The position numbers and the translations under genes were made by a program. Positions 36,794 to 45,273 of a DNA stretch of 64,000 nt are shown here, piece after piece (position 1 is the first letter of the stretch; each line of letters starts with the position of its first letter). The DNA is taken from the IMG/VR virus record IMGVR_UViG_3300027754_000042, one strand, 5' to 3'. Source of the stretch: a virus. Under the pieces are notes generated by a model. The model saw only the letters and a program-made list of their open reading frames with translations. It made no database searches and was not told the origin of the DNA.

Positions 36794-37056
36794 TGAAAAC
36801 ATTAATCGCGCTCCTTCTAATGACAACGCCTGCGCTATCGCAGACAGTAAATAATGCAACCGTGAACATCATAGGATCCTTACAGAATGTTAGTATTACT
36901 CAGTCTGGTGCTAATCATAGTGCTACCCTTAATTTCACTGGCAATAATATCTCGGCTATTGTATCTCAATCTGGAAACACGCCTCAGTCTTTTAGTCTTA
37001 GTGTTACTTGTGGTCTCAATTGTCCCAATAGTCCTTATATCGTTAGCCAATACTGA
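36793..37056 (+). CDS. Small curlin-repeat secreted protein
   Basis: Signal peptide; ITQSG.NH.A, VSQSG.. Confidence 0.65.
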   Translation: MKTLIALLLMTTPALSQTVNNATVNIIGSLQNVSITQSGANHSATLNFTGNNISAIVSQSGNTPQSFSLSVTCGLNCPNSPYIVSQY

Positions 37057-39113
37057 TGGAAAAGCTAGTCAAGTTTCTTACAAGCACATGGATGGTTGCT
37101 ATCAGCGCCTGTCTCCTGTTGACATTGTATGCAATCAACCCAAGCGCGATTCAAACGCTTCAGCTAAAGACCTTTGATTATCTTATCACTTCTCTGGAGA
37201 AGAAACAATCAGAAGAGATTGTAATTGTTAACTTTGGTGAGAAGTCGGTTGAGAAGTTTGGTCAGTGGCCATTTGACAGACGAGATATCGCAAAGACAAT
37301 CAATAAACTAAAAGAGAACGGCGCTTCGGTAATCGTTGCGCCTATTCTATTCTCTGAAAAAGACAGAGCAGGTGGCGATGATGAACTGGCAAAAACTCTT
37401 GAAGGTGTTGTCCTCGCACAAACACCTACTACTCAAAACAGTAAGCCCGACTCGGTTCGTCGTGGGTTCGCTGCTATCGGTCCTGTTGATCCTGCTAGGG
37501 TTGTCTATCGTTGGCCTGGTGGATTACGCCCTCTTGACAAGTATGCCGAAGTTGCCTCAGGCGTTGGTGTGGTCGCAACAATCTCTGAATTGGACGGTGT
37601 GGTTCGCCGTATGCCTCTACTTGTCAATATTGCATCTGGTCTTTATCCTAGCATTCCTTTGGAGACCATTCGTGTCGCTGCTGGAGACCCTAGCTTTCAA
37701 GTTAAGACGAACGAAGGTGGAATAGAAGCTGTAAGAGTCCCAGCTTTTCCACCAATCTCAACCGACGAGCGCGGGCGCATCTGGTTATCTTGGAATACCA
37801 AATTTGATACGCTAGAAGCAACCGAGATAGACGCTCGCGTGAAGGACAAGATTGTTATTCTTGGTCTAACGATTGAAGGCGTTGGTGGTATCATAGCAAC
37901 ACCAATCGGTGAGAAGTGGGCCCATGAGATTCAAGCGCAGACACTCCAAACACTGGTAGACGGAACTTCTATTTCTCGCCCCAACGTAGGAAGGCTAATA
38001 GAAGGAGCACTACTAACCACCATGCTACTACTATTGCTCCATATAGTTCCAAGACTGACGGTAGTGATGACAGTTCCATTCTACGCTTTCATTGTGGTTG
38101 GATTATCAGCAGCGAGTTATTATTTATTCAAAACAGAGCTACAACTATGGGACGCAAGCTATATCGTATTGTCTATAACTGTTGTATATGGGCACTTGGT
38201 ATTCAACAATTTCGCTCGCGAGTTTAGACTAAAGCAACAAATTAAAAAGCAGTTCGGTACTTACCTTTCACCTGCACTGGTCGAGAAACTACAGAAGAAC
38301 CCAGAACTATTGTGCTTGGGAGGAGAGACCCGTGAGCTATCTATCATGTTTACTGACGTTAGGGGCTTTACGACTATCTCTGAACATTACGGTAATGACG
38401 TACAGGGCCTTACGAAAATAATGAATCGCTACATGACAGCGATGACGGCTAAGATAATTCAGAACGATGGCACACTAGATAAGTATATCGGTGACGCGCA
38501 GATGGCATTTTGGAATGCACCACTTGATGATGCGGACCATGCGAAACACGCAGTTAAAACAGCATTGGAGATGCTAGATGATTTGGAACGATTTAACAAA
38601 GAGATCGCCACTGAGGGTGTTCCACCCTTTGGTATGGGTCTTGGGATTAACACAGGCTCCGTTGTGGTTGGCAATATGGGTAGTAGTCAACGCTTTGATT
38701 ATACTTGCCTCGGTGATACTGTCAATCTAGCATCGCGCTTGGAAGGGCAGAGCAAGCCATATCATGTGAAGATGGTAATTGGTCCTAAGACTTATGAATA
38801 TGTGAAGGATGAATATCTATGCGTGGAACTTGATTGCCTTGCTGTGAAAGGTAAGAGCGAAGGTGTGAAGATATACACCATCGTTGAAAAGATTGGTATC
38901 AACAAAGCGTATGCTCGCACACACGCAGACTTCATCAAATACTATCGCGCACAGGAATGGCACCAATTGGAAAATTATTTCCATGTGCTTGAACCAGCAT
39001 TCAATGATGAACTAAGAGAATATTATGGAATGATGAAAGAGCGCGTGGAGGACTATAAAAAGAATCCCCTACCTAAGGATTGGGATGGCGTATTCCGTAC
39101 CAACAGCAAGTAA
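37056..39113 (+). CDS. CHASE2-domain class III adenylate cyclase
   Basis: N-terminal TM, CHASE2 (GQWPF.R, DGVVRR.PL), 3 TM, FTDVRGFT, DKYIGDA.M, G.GINTG, YTCLGDTVNLASRLE. Confidence 0.92.
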   Translation: MEKLVKFLTSTWMVAISACLLLTLYAINPSAIQTLQLKTFDYLITSLEKKQSEEIVIVNFGEKSVEKFGQWPFDRRDIAKTINKLKENGASVIVAPILFSEKDRAGGDDELAKTLEGVVLAQTPTTQNSKPDSVRRGFAAIGPVDPARVVYRWPGGLRPLDKYAEVASGVGVVATISELDGVVRRMPLLVNIASGLYPSIPLETIRVAAGDPSFQVKTNEGGIEAVRVPAFPPISTDERGRIWLSWNTKFDTLEATEIDARVKDKIVILGLTIEGVGGIIATPIGEKWAHEIQAQTLQTLVDGTSISRPNVGRLIEGALLTTMLLLLLHIVPRLTVVMTVPFYAFIVVGLSAASYYLFKTELQLWDASYIVLSITVVYGHLVFNNFAREFRLKQQIKKQFGTYLSPALVEKLQKNPELLCLGGETRELSIMFTDVRGFTTISEHYGNDVQGLTKIMNRYMTAMTAKIIQNDGTLDKYIGDAQMAFWNAPLDDADHAKHAVKTALEMLDDLERFNKEIATEGVPPFGMGLGINTGSVVVGNMGSSQRFDYTCLGDTVNLASRLEGQSKPYHVKMVIGPKTYEYVKDEYLCVELDCLAVKGKSEGVKIYTIVEKIGINKAYARTHADFIKYYRAQEWHQLENYFHVLEPAFNDELREYYGMMKERVEDYKKNPLPKDWDGVFRTNSK

Positions 39114-39117
39114 GATA

Positions 39118-39558
39118 TTATACTTTCTTATTTTTCTGGTTTGGCTCTTGCTTGGTATTTTGCTCTGGGTTCGTTATGGGCCCATCATCTATTTCGACAG
39201 CATTGTTATGATGCTTGGCTGCTAGTTCTTCAGCAGCTTTGACCTGCTTATCAGCCGCTTCTAGTTCGCGAGCTTGTGCTTTGGCTGCAGTCTCAACATC
39301 GTGCAAGTGACGTTCTGATTCAATCTCTTTGCCACGCAACTGAAGAACGATATTGATTTTCTGGTTCAAACGGATAAGGTCATTGTCGAGCATACGAATG
39401 CGGTCGATCAAAGCAATAAGAACGGTGCTTGCTTCACTTGTGACTGGTTTGATTTCTTTGGTTGCCCATGTCCATACATAGTAAATCATGTACCCCATGC
39501 CACCAGCAGCGACAATAGGAAAGCCATATTTGTTAATTAGATCAGCAATACCATCCAT
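39118..39558 (-). CDS. Small membrane protein, holin-like (single TM plus coiled coil)
   Basis: YGFPIVAAGGMGY..; LIDRIRMLDNDLIRL; paralog of 41157..41438. Confidence 0.6.
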   Translation of the reverse strand: MDGIADLINKYGFPIVAAGGMGYMIYYVWTWATKEIKPVTSEASTVLIALIDRIRMLDNDLIRLNQKINIVLQLRGKEIESERHLHDVETAAKAQARELEAADKQVKAAEELAAKHHNNAVEIDDGPITNPEQNTKQEPNQKNKKV

Positions 39559-39563
39559 GTTTA

Positions 39564-41039
39564 TTACCTTTCGTAAACCTCATTGCCTATGACAAGCATA
39601 TCAATGGCATTTGTTTCATATTCATAAAGAGCATTTGCAGAAAATGCTGCAATTGGATTTCCAGCGTTATTCAAACTCGTATTTAGAAGAACTGGACAAT
39701 TAGTTAGCTCATAAAATTTTTCAAGCAATTGCCGAAATTGCCCAGTTGTTACGGTTTGAAATCTGCAAGTACCATCAACATGTGTTATTGATGATAGATT
39801 ATCTTTCTGTACTTTACCCACATATAGCATATAAGGATTTTCATAATCCACATCAAAATACTCTTTTGCAAATTCTGCTAATATGGAAGAACCAAATGGT
39901 CTAAAAGATTCTCGATTCTTTACCCGATTGATTTTGTCTTTGCCATTTACAATTCTAGGATCCATAAGTATGGATCTGTTACCCAATGCTCTAGGTCCAA
40001 TCTCTCCATTACCCTGATACCAAGCAACTATTTTACCATTGGCTAAAGCATTTACAACTCTATCTAATTGTAAGCATTCGGATGGAGGAGATTCGTCTGA
40101 TTGGCAAAAAGGAAAATTGCTCATACTTAACCTAGGTAGATTATGTTTTCTGCGTAGAAATTCCATGCCACCCAAAGATAAACCTTCATCGCCAGAATAC
40201 GGCATCACTACAAGATTTGGATATTTTTCTTTGAGTTTGGAATTCCATATCACATTCTGAGCGACACCACCACTATAACCTATTCGTTCATTTGGTTTAG
40301 CGTATTTTTCAAATAGCTCTAAAACCATTTCTCCATATCGTTCATGGACAGTTCTTAACCAATTTAATTTTTTGGTATATCCTTCAAAAGTGTACATCAC
40401 AGGATTTATATTATAGATATCGTATTTTCTTAATAGCTTCAATAGTTCATTATCAATGTTACCATAAGATTGTGCTCCCATTAACTTACCAGCCAAATCT
40501 ATATCGTCGCCTTTTATATTTAACTTATGACCTATGTGTGTTAAACTGAAACCTATAGACCCAGCTATATCTATATAACCACAATCAAGAAACTGTTCTC
40601 CACGATATACGGACCAACTCTTCAATGATCCTTTACCATCTATATTAATGCTGATATCAACGTCTTCTAAAAGAGAAACACTAAGAGCGTGTGCGTAATG
40701 ATGGTCTATAAATTTTGTTCCGTCGGTAGATTCACAATATATGTGCTTTATTAGATTTTTAAAATTTGATTGCGGCTCAACTGTATTAGAGTCAGCAGAA
40801 ACAAAAATTACATCATCAACATCGTCTCTACTAACACCCCATATTTTTTTTGTTATATCATCACAATCGTTAACAGATAATTTGTGGTGTTTTATCTGAA
40901 ACATTCTTTCGCTTTTAAAATAACGAATAGTTTTTCCATCAAAATAGCTGATATTCGAATCATGTGCAGCATAACGTCTAATAGTAGGTGGTGGTGTTTC
41001 GTACGGCCAAACATGATATGACAAAAATTTCACGATCAA
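39564..41039 (-). CDS. Carbamoyltransferase (NodU/CmcH family)
   Basis: HDS, HHYAHA, DG.G, GKLMG, GGVAQN, GPRALGNRSIL, RE.FRPF, HVDGTCR.QTV, LNTSLN. Confidence 0.9.
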   Translation of the reverse strand: MIVKFLSYHVWPYETPPPTIRRYAAHDSNISYFDGKTIRYFKSERMFQIKHHKLSVNDCDDITKKIWGVSRDDVDDVIFVSADSNTVEPQSNFKNLIKHIYCESTDGTKFIDHHYAHALSVSLLEDVDISINIDGKGSLKSWSVYRGEQFLDCGYIDIAGSIGFSLTHIGHKLNIKGDDIDLAGKLMGAQSYGNIDNELLKLLRKYDIYNINPVMYTFEGYTKKLNWLRTVHERYGEMVLELFEKYAKPNERIGYSGGVAQNVIWNSKLKEKYPNLVVMPYSGDEGLSLGGMEFLRRKHNLPRLSMSNFPFCQSDESPPSECLQLDRVVNALANGKIVAWYQGNGEIGPRALGNRSILMDPRIVNGKDKINRVKNRESFRPFGSSILAEFAKEYFDVDYENPYMLYVGKVQKDNLSSITHVDGTCRFQTVTTGQFRQLLEKFYELTNCPVLLNTSLNNAGNPIAAFSANALYEYETNAIDMLVIGNEVYER

Positions 41040-41176
41040 CTCTCCCTAAAAATTTTTTGCGCCAAGCTTTTATTTTTGGTTATCAAAAATACCCAATCAT
41101 TTAGAAGTACGGTATAATATGATATACCGTTTCTGGTTCTTTCTATCACTTCAATCTTAATCCCTTCGTGCGTCAT
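41036..41176 (-). CDS. 46-aa hypothetical protein
   Basis: Translated by hand (MTHEGIKIEVIERTRNG...); overlaps both neighbours. Confidence 0.4.
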   Translation of the reverse strand: MTHEGIKIEVIERTRNGISYYTVLLNDWVFLITKNKSLAQKIFRES

Positions 41177-41438
41177 TCTTACCATCCGCTCTTGCGATAC
41201 GATCCACATCTGGCTTCACACCAAGAGCATTCGAAACCAAAGTGTCAATACGAATAACATCGTGGTTCATTGTCTTTACTCGATTGTCCAGCGCGGTGAT
41301 GATGCCAGATAGACCCTTGACACTGGACATAACACCTGCTAGAATGAATTTCATTGTGAGGAATACGAAATAGCCACCCGCACACGCAGCCGCGATAGGA
41401 AAGCCAACTTCTGCAACTAATTTGAACCATTGATCCAT
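41157..41438 (-). CDS. Small membrane protein, holin-like
   Basis: VGFPIAAACAGGYFVF; ALDNRVKTMNHDVIRID; RBS AAGGAG. Confidence 0.65.
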   Translation of the reverse strand: MDQWFKLVAEVGFPIAAACAGGYFVFLTMKFILAGVMSSVKGLSGIITALDNRVKTMNHDVIRIDTLVSNALGVKPDVDRIARADGKNDARRD

Positions 41439-41456
41439 GATTTTCTCCTTTACGCT

Positions 41457-41468
41457 TATTTATAAATA
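41457..41468. promoter_or_regulatory. Overlapping divergent late promoters (palindrome TATTTATAAATA)
   Basis: TATAAATA on + (41461-41468) and on - (41457-41464) between divergent genes. Confidence 0.7.
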
Positions 41469-41495
41469 GAATATAACCAAGAGAGAACCTTCACT

Positions 41496-41729
41496 ATGCC
41501 CATGTACAGTATTGAAAACACTCAAACCAATGAAATTACCAGCGAGTTCATGTCATACTCCGCACTGGAAAATCATCTCGCAGAAAATCCCCACCTTCGT
41601 CAAGCTCTATCTGCGCCACCAATCGTGTCAGGCGTAATCTCATCCCGCAATAAACCCGACTCGGGCTTCAATGATATCCTCAAGACTATCAAAAAGAAGC
41701 ATCCTAGAAGTACGGTAAATGTTTGGTAG
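41496..41729 (+). CDS. FmdB-like small phage protein
   Basis: MP.Y...N..T.E, L.ENPHL.Q, KPDSGF.D.L..IK; usual position before phoH. Confidence 0.7.
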   Translation: MPMYSIENTQTNEITSEFMSYSALENHLAENPHLRQALSAPPIVSGVISSRNKPDSGFNDILKTIKKKHPRSTVNVW

Positions 41730-41769
41730 CACGTTCGTTATGTTCCTGTAACATCCAACGGAGAATTAT

Positions 41770-42558
41770 ATGTCCCTAGTCGCTGAGGTGGTTAACGAGA
41801 AGTTCCTAGAGCAAGAGGCAGATAAGTACATTACAAGACGAGGTAGAAAAGAAAAAAAGCGAAAGACAAAAGCATACGGTCAACCGTCGTTTGTACCACC
41901 ACCACGATTGAAGTCAATTATACCAAAGACAGAAGCACAGCGTAAAGTGTTCGAGGCATATGATGCAGGCAAAAATATGATCCTGCACGGTGTCGCTGGT
42001 TCTGGTAAGACATTCCTTTCTCTATACCTCGCACTCTATTCGGTATTATCTGGTGAAGCTCCAAAACCTATCGTTATCATTCGCAGCGTAGTACCATCGC
42101 GTGACATTGGATTTCTTCCAGGTAGCGCGAAAGAAAAGGCCGCAGTCTATGAAGCACCTTACTCAGCAATATGTGCTGAGCTAGTTGACAAGCCAAATTC
42201 ATATGAGTGGTTCAAAACAAATCACTACATTGAATTTTGCACCACTTCATTCCTTCGCGGTATCACATACAAGAACAGCATCATCATCGTTGATGAATGT
42301 CAGAATATGAGTGATGCGGAATTGAATACCATTATGACTCGTGTTGGTGAAGGTTGTCGCATCATTCTATGTGGCGACTTCAATCAAAAGGACTACATGC
42401 GTGAAGGGTCTGGCATGCCAAATCTTTTGAAGATTGCAGACCATATGAAGTCCTTTGAAATTGTAAAGTTTGAGAAAGGTGATATTGTCCGCTCGGGCTT
42501 CGTGAAAGACTATATAATTACACGAATCAATCTGGAAGAGCGAGGCATCATAAATTGA
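41770..42558 (+). CDS. phoH: PhoH-family ATPase
   Basis: GVAGSGKT, IGFLPG, FLRG.T, VDECQN, GD..Q.D, DIVRSG.V. Confidence 0.95.
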   Translation: MSLVAEVVNEKFLEQEADKYITRRGRKEKKRKTKAYGQPSFVPPPRLKSIIPKTEAQRKVFEAYDAGKNMILHGVAGSGKTFLSLYLALYSVLSGEAPKPIVIIRSVVPSRDIGFLPGSAKEKAAVYEAPYSAICAELVDKPNSYEWFKTNHYIEFCTTSFLRGITYKNSIIIVDECQNMSDAELNTIMTRVGEGCRIILCGDFNQKDYMREGSGMPNLLKIADHMKSFEIVKFEKGDIVRSGFVKDYIITRINLEERGIIN

Positions 42559-43247
42559 AATTTGACTTTGATATGCACATAGATTTGCCAAAAGCAAAGC
42601 AAATCAACACAGACCTTGGGCGTCGGTATTCGACGCCTGAGGCTAACATCTACCCATCCATCACAACTGTCCTTTCTTCTCAGCCAGAAAAGAAAAAGTC
42701 CATTGCAGAATGGCGCGCTCGCGTGGGCGCGGACGAGGCTAATAAGATCAGCCAGGGAGCTGCTCGCCGCGGCACTGCGCTCCATTCTATCATGGAGAAA
42801 TATATCCTTGGTGATGATTTGAATCTGGCTAAAGAGATGCCAGCCACTGTTGAAAGATTCCGCAAGGTGCAGAAATGCGTTGACACTAATCTCCAGTTGG
42901 TGTATGCTACAGAATCGGCCATGTATTCAGACATTCTTCGCATTGCTGGCACAGCCGATCTTATCTGCGAATGGAATGGCAAGCCAACTGTGGTCGATTT
43001 CAAAACATCCATACGCCAGAAAACACGCGATCAAATCCACGATTATTTCTTACAGGCCACGGCTTACTCTATCATGTTCGAGGAGCATACTGGCATCCGT
43101 ACGCTGGACTTTGCCATTCTGATTGTATCCGATGAAGGCGATTTTGATGTGTTCGAAGGCGAACGAAACGATTATGTGGCTGATTTGATTCGTGTGCGCG
43201 ATGGCTACGAGTATCGAGTTCGTAGAGCTTTGGTGGAGATAACATGA
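42555..43247 (+). CDS. PD-(D/E)XK exonuclease
   Basis: YPSITTVL, RGTALH, AGTAD, VVDFKTS, Q.TAY. Confidence 0.85.
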   Translation: MKFDFDMHIDLPKAKQINTDLGRRYSTPEANIYPSITTVLSSQPEKKKSIAEWRARVGADEANKISQGAARRGTALHSIMEKYILGDDLNLAKEMPATVERFRKVQKCVDTNLQLVYATESAMYSDILRIAGTADLICEWNGKPTVVDFKTSIRQKTRDQIHDYFLQATAYSIMFEEHTGIRTLDFAILIVSDEGDFDVFEGERNDYVADLIRVRDGYEYRVRRALVEIT

Positions 43248-43426
43248 GCAAATGGGTTGAAAGATATGAAAGGGTTAATCGTGATTTCCTACTCATGGCT
43301 GATCCAAAATACAATACCAAGTATTATATTCATAGATTGATTCTGTTCCTTCGCGATCATCCCGAAAGAGCGATAGATTATGAAGATATTGTGCCTGATT
43401 GGCAGACTAGGAATATAGATGGGTGA
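43244..43426 (+). CDS. Hypothetical protein, paralog of 32065..32295
   Basis: Shared motif string. Confidence 0.6.
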   Translation: MSKWVERYERVNRDFLLMADPKYNTKYYIHRLILFLRDHPERAIDYEDIVPDWQTRNIDG

Positions 43427-43518
43427 GCATTATAGCTCGTGGGTTTTTATCTACTGGGATTGCCCACGATATATCTGCATCAACAATTGGTCAGAAGCAT
43501 CAGCCAGAAATTATCTGC

Positions 43519-43552
43519 TTGACAAACACCCTCTTTCCATGTATTATAAATA
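43519..43552 (+). promoter_or_regulatory. Overlapping sigma70-type and late promoters of tmRNA
   Basis: TTGACA-17-TATTAT overlapping TATAAATA (43545-43552). Confidence 0.75.
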
Positions 43553-43554
43553 AT

Positions 43555-43876
43555 ACGCTAAGGTTGTTGAGACGTTCGGAATAAACCATTTGGACTCGGG
43601 GGCAGTACCCGACGCCTCCACCATGGATACACTAATAAAGACGATCCTTTATAAGAGTTCTACCGCCAAACAAGTTCTAAAGCATGAAGAGATAAATGCT
43701 CCAGCTTGTTGTGTAGATTAGTGTATCTTTGATGGGGGCGATATAGGTTCGACAGATAGTAGTAAAGGTACGAGTAGACCGAGGCGCGTTTTAGATGCTA
43801 ACGATAATGCACCTATCTCTTATGCTCTAGCAGCCTAAGAATGCGTTCGGGGGGAACGTGGAAACAGAATCCCCCC
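43555..43876 (+). ncRNA. ssrA: Circularly permuted two-piece tmRNA
   Basis: Acceptor piece ends GACTCGGGGGCAGTACCCGACGCCTCCACCA (43623); coding piece starts GGGGGCG...GGTTCGAC (43734), giving G3:U70; tag 43797-43838 reads ANDNAPISYALAA*; outer ends approximate. Confidence 0.9.
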
Positions 43877-43903
43877 ACTAACACTATTAGAGAGGTGAAA
43901 ATT

Positions 43904-44128
43904 ATGAACGACGATAAGATGCTCCGCTTCAATGTTCTTCAGATGGCACAGACTATGTGCGACCAAGAATATCTTCTAGGTCAGGAAATGAAGCGTGACG
44001 CCACAGCAAAATATCCCACAGTCAATGATGTTATCAAGAAGGCCGAAGTTCTTATGGGCTTCGTCAATGCACCTGGCACTATCGGTGAGCAGGTTCGCGG
44101 TTCGGCTGAGCTTCTAAACGAGGCTTGA
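43904..44128 (+). CDS. Hypothetical protein
   Basis: RBS GAGG; LR...L.MA...YPT..DVI.KA..L..FV. Confidence 0.7.
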   Translation: MNDDKMLRFNVLQMAQTMCDQEYLLGQEMKRDATAKYPTVNDVIKKAEVLMGFVNAPGTIGEQVRGSAELLNEA

Positions 44129-44135
44129 TTTTTAT

Positions 44136-44211
44136 TCGGGGTTAGTTCAATTGGTAGAACTACGGACTTTGAATCCGTGTGTTGGTGGTTCGAACCCATC
44201 ACCCCGAGCCA
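44136..44211 (+). tRNA. tRNA-Gln (TTG)
   Basis: TCGGGGT/ACCCCGA acceptor, ACGGA-CTTTGAA-TCCGT, GCCA. Confidence 0.92.
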
Positions 44212-44226
44212 ACTTTGGAGAATGGT

Positions 44227-44433
44227 ATGGAAGTGGAACGCAGCTATAAGCTTATGATTGGTCCAGCTGAATTGGCCACTCTGACAGAATGGATCAAAGA
44301 TATGGATCCTCAGCCACACAAGATTACTCTTATCGGTGGTAGCACCGGTATTGGTTTCTGTCTTCGCGCAGAAATTGAAACATCCGAAGGCGAAGGTCTT
44401 TGGAAAGATATCACAGACTATGAGAACTGGTGA
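44227..44433 (+). CDS. Hypothetical protein
   Basis: TGIG...KDITDYENW. Confidence 0.65.
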   Translation: MEVERSYKLMIGPAELATLTEWIKDMDPQPHKITLIGGSTGIGFCLRAEIETSEGEGLWKDITDYENW

Positions 44434-44436
44434 AAC

Positions 44437-45099
44437 ATGAAAGTCAAGATTGGACCATATCTAACCTGGTACGGACCGTATCAGATTGCCGACTATGTTT
44501 TCTTCTGGACAAAGCGTCGGTACGACGATGAGCTTGAGCGGTGGGATTATAAGCTTAAGGACCAGTTTGGCGACTGGCTCGCAGATACCTGGGTCGGCAC
44601 TTTCTGTAATTGGATTCAGGAAAAGCGTAAGCGCACCGAGATCGTAAGAATTGATCCTTATGACACATGGTCAATGGATCACACACTCTCCCTTATCATT
44701 CATCCTATGCTCGTACAGTTGAAGAACACCAAGCATGGTGCACCTTTCACTGATGACGAGGATGTGCCTGAGCATCTGCGTTCAACTAACGCACCACCTA
44801 AGAAAGAAGAGTGGGATACCGATGATTTGTTCTTTGATCGGTGGAACTGGATCCTTGATGAGATGATCTGGGCTTTCTATCAGGAAGCAAACGATGATCC
44901 CGATGCGCCGCCGTTTCCTGAACTTGGTAGAAGCATTGTCAAGAAGATGGATCAGGAAGGCTTTACCGACATGCTTGTTCCGCCAGATGACGAACAAGGT
45001 AATTGGGAAAAGTATCGTGCCGAAAATGATATCTTCGAAGAGCGTAAGCGAAACGCATTCAAGCTTTTCGGAAAATACTATCGCTCACTGTGGGACTAA
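44437..45099 (+). CDS. Conserved phage hypothetical protein
   Basis: DTWSMDHTL..II.PML.QLK, W..ILDEMIWAF, LFGKYY..LWD. Confidence 0.75.
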   Translation: MKVKIGPYLTWYGPYQIADYVFFWTKRRYDDELERWDYKLKDQFGDWLADTWVGTFCNWIQEKRKRTEIVRIDPYDTWSMDHTLSLIIHPMLVQLKNTKHGAPFTDDEDVPEHLRSTNAPPKKEEWDTDDLFFDRWNWILDEMIWAFYQEANDDPDAPPFPELGRSIVKKMDQEGFTDMLVPPDDEQGNWEKYRAENDIFEERKRNAFKLFGKYYRSLWD

Positions 45100-45102
45100 A
45101 CC

Positions 45103-45273
45103 ATGAAAGCTAGATATAATTATTCGATAGACACTCTAAGAAAAGCAGCCTTCGTAGACGAATTGAATAATGTGCTAATCTCAATGAGCGAGAACGATCC
45201 ACAGAAGCGATGGGTCGTTCAGTATATGAAAGACAGAATAAAAGAGATCGACGCTAGATATAAGGATTTGTAA
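45103..45273 (+). CDS. 56-aa hypothetical protein
   Basis: Translated by hand; its TAA overlaps the kdsA ATG. Confidence 0.55.
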   Translation: MKARYNYSIDTLRKAAFVDELNNVLISMSENDPQKRWVVQYMKDRIKEIDARYKDL

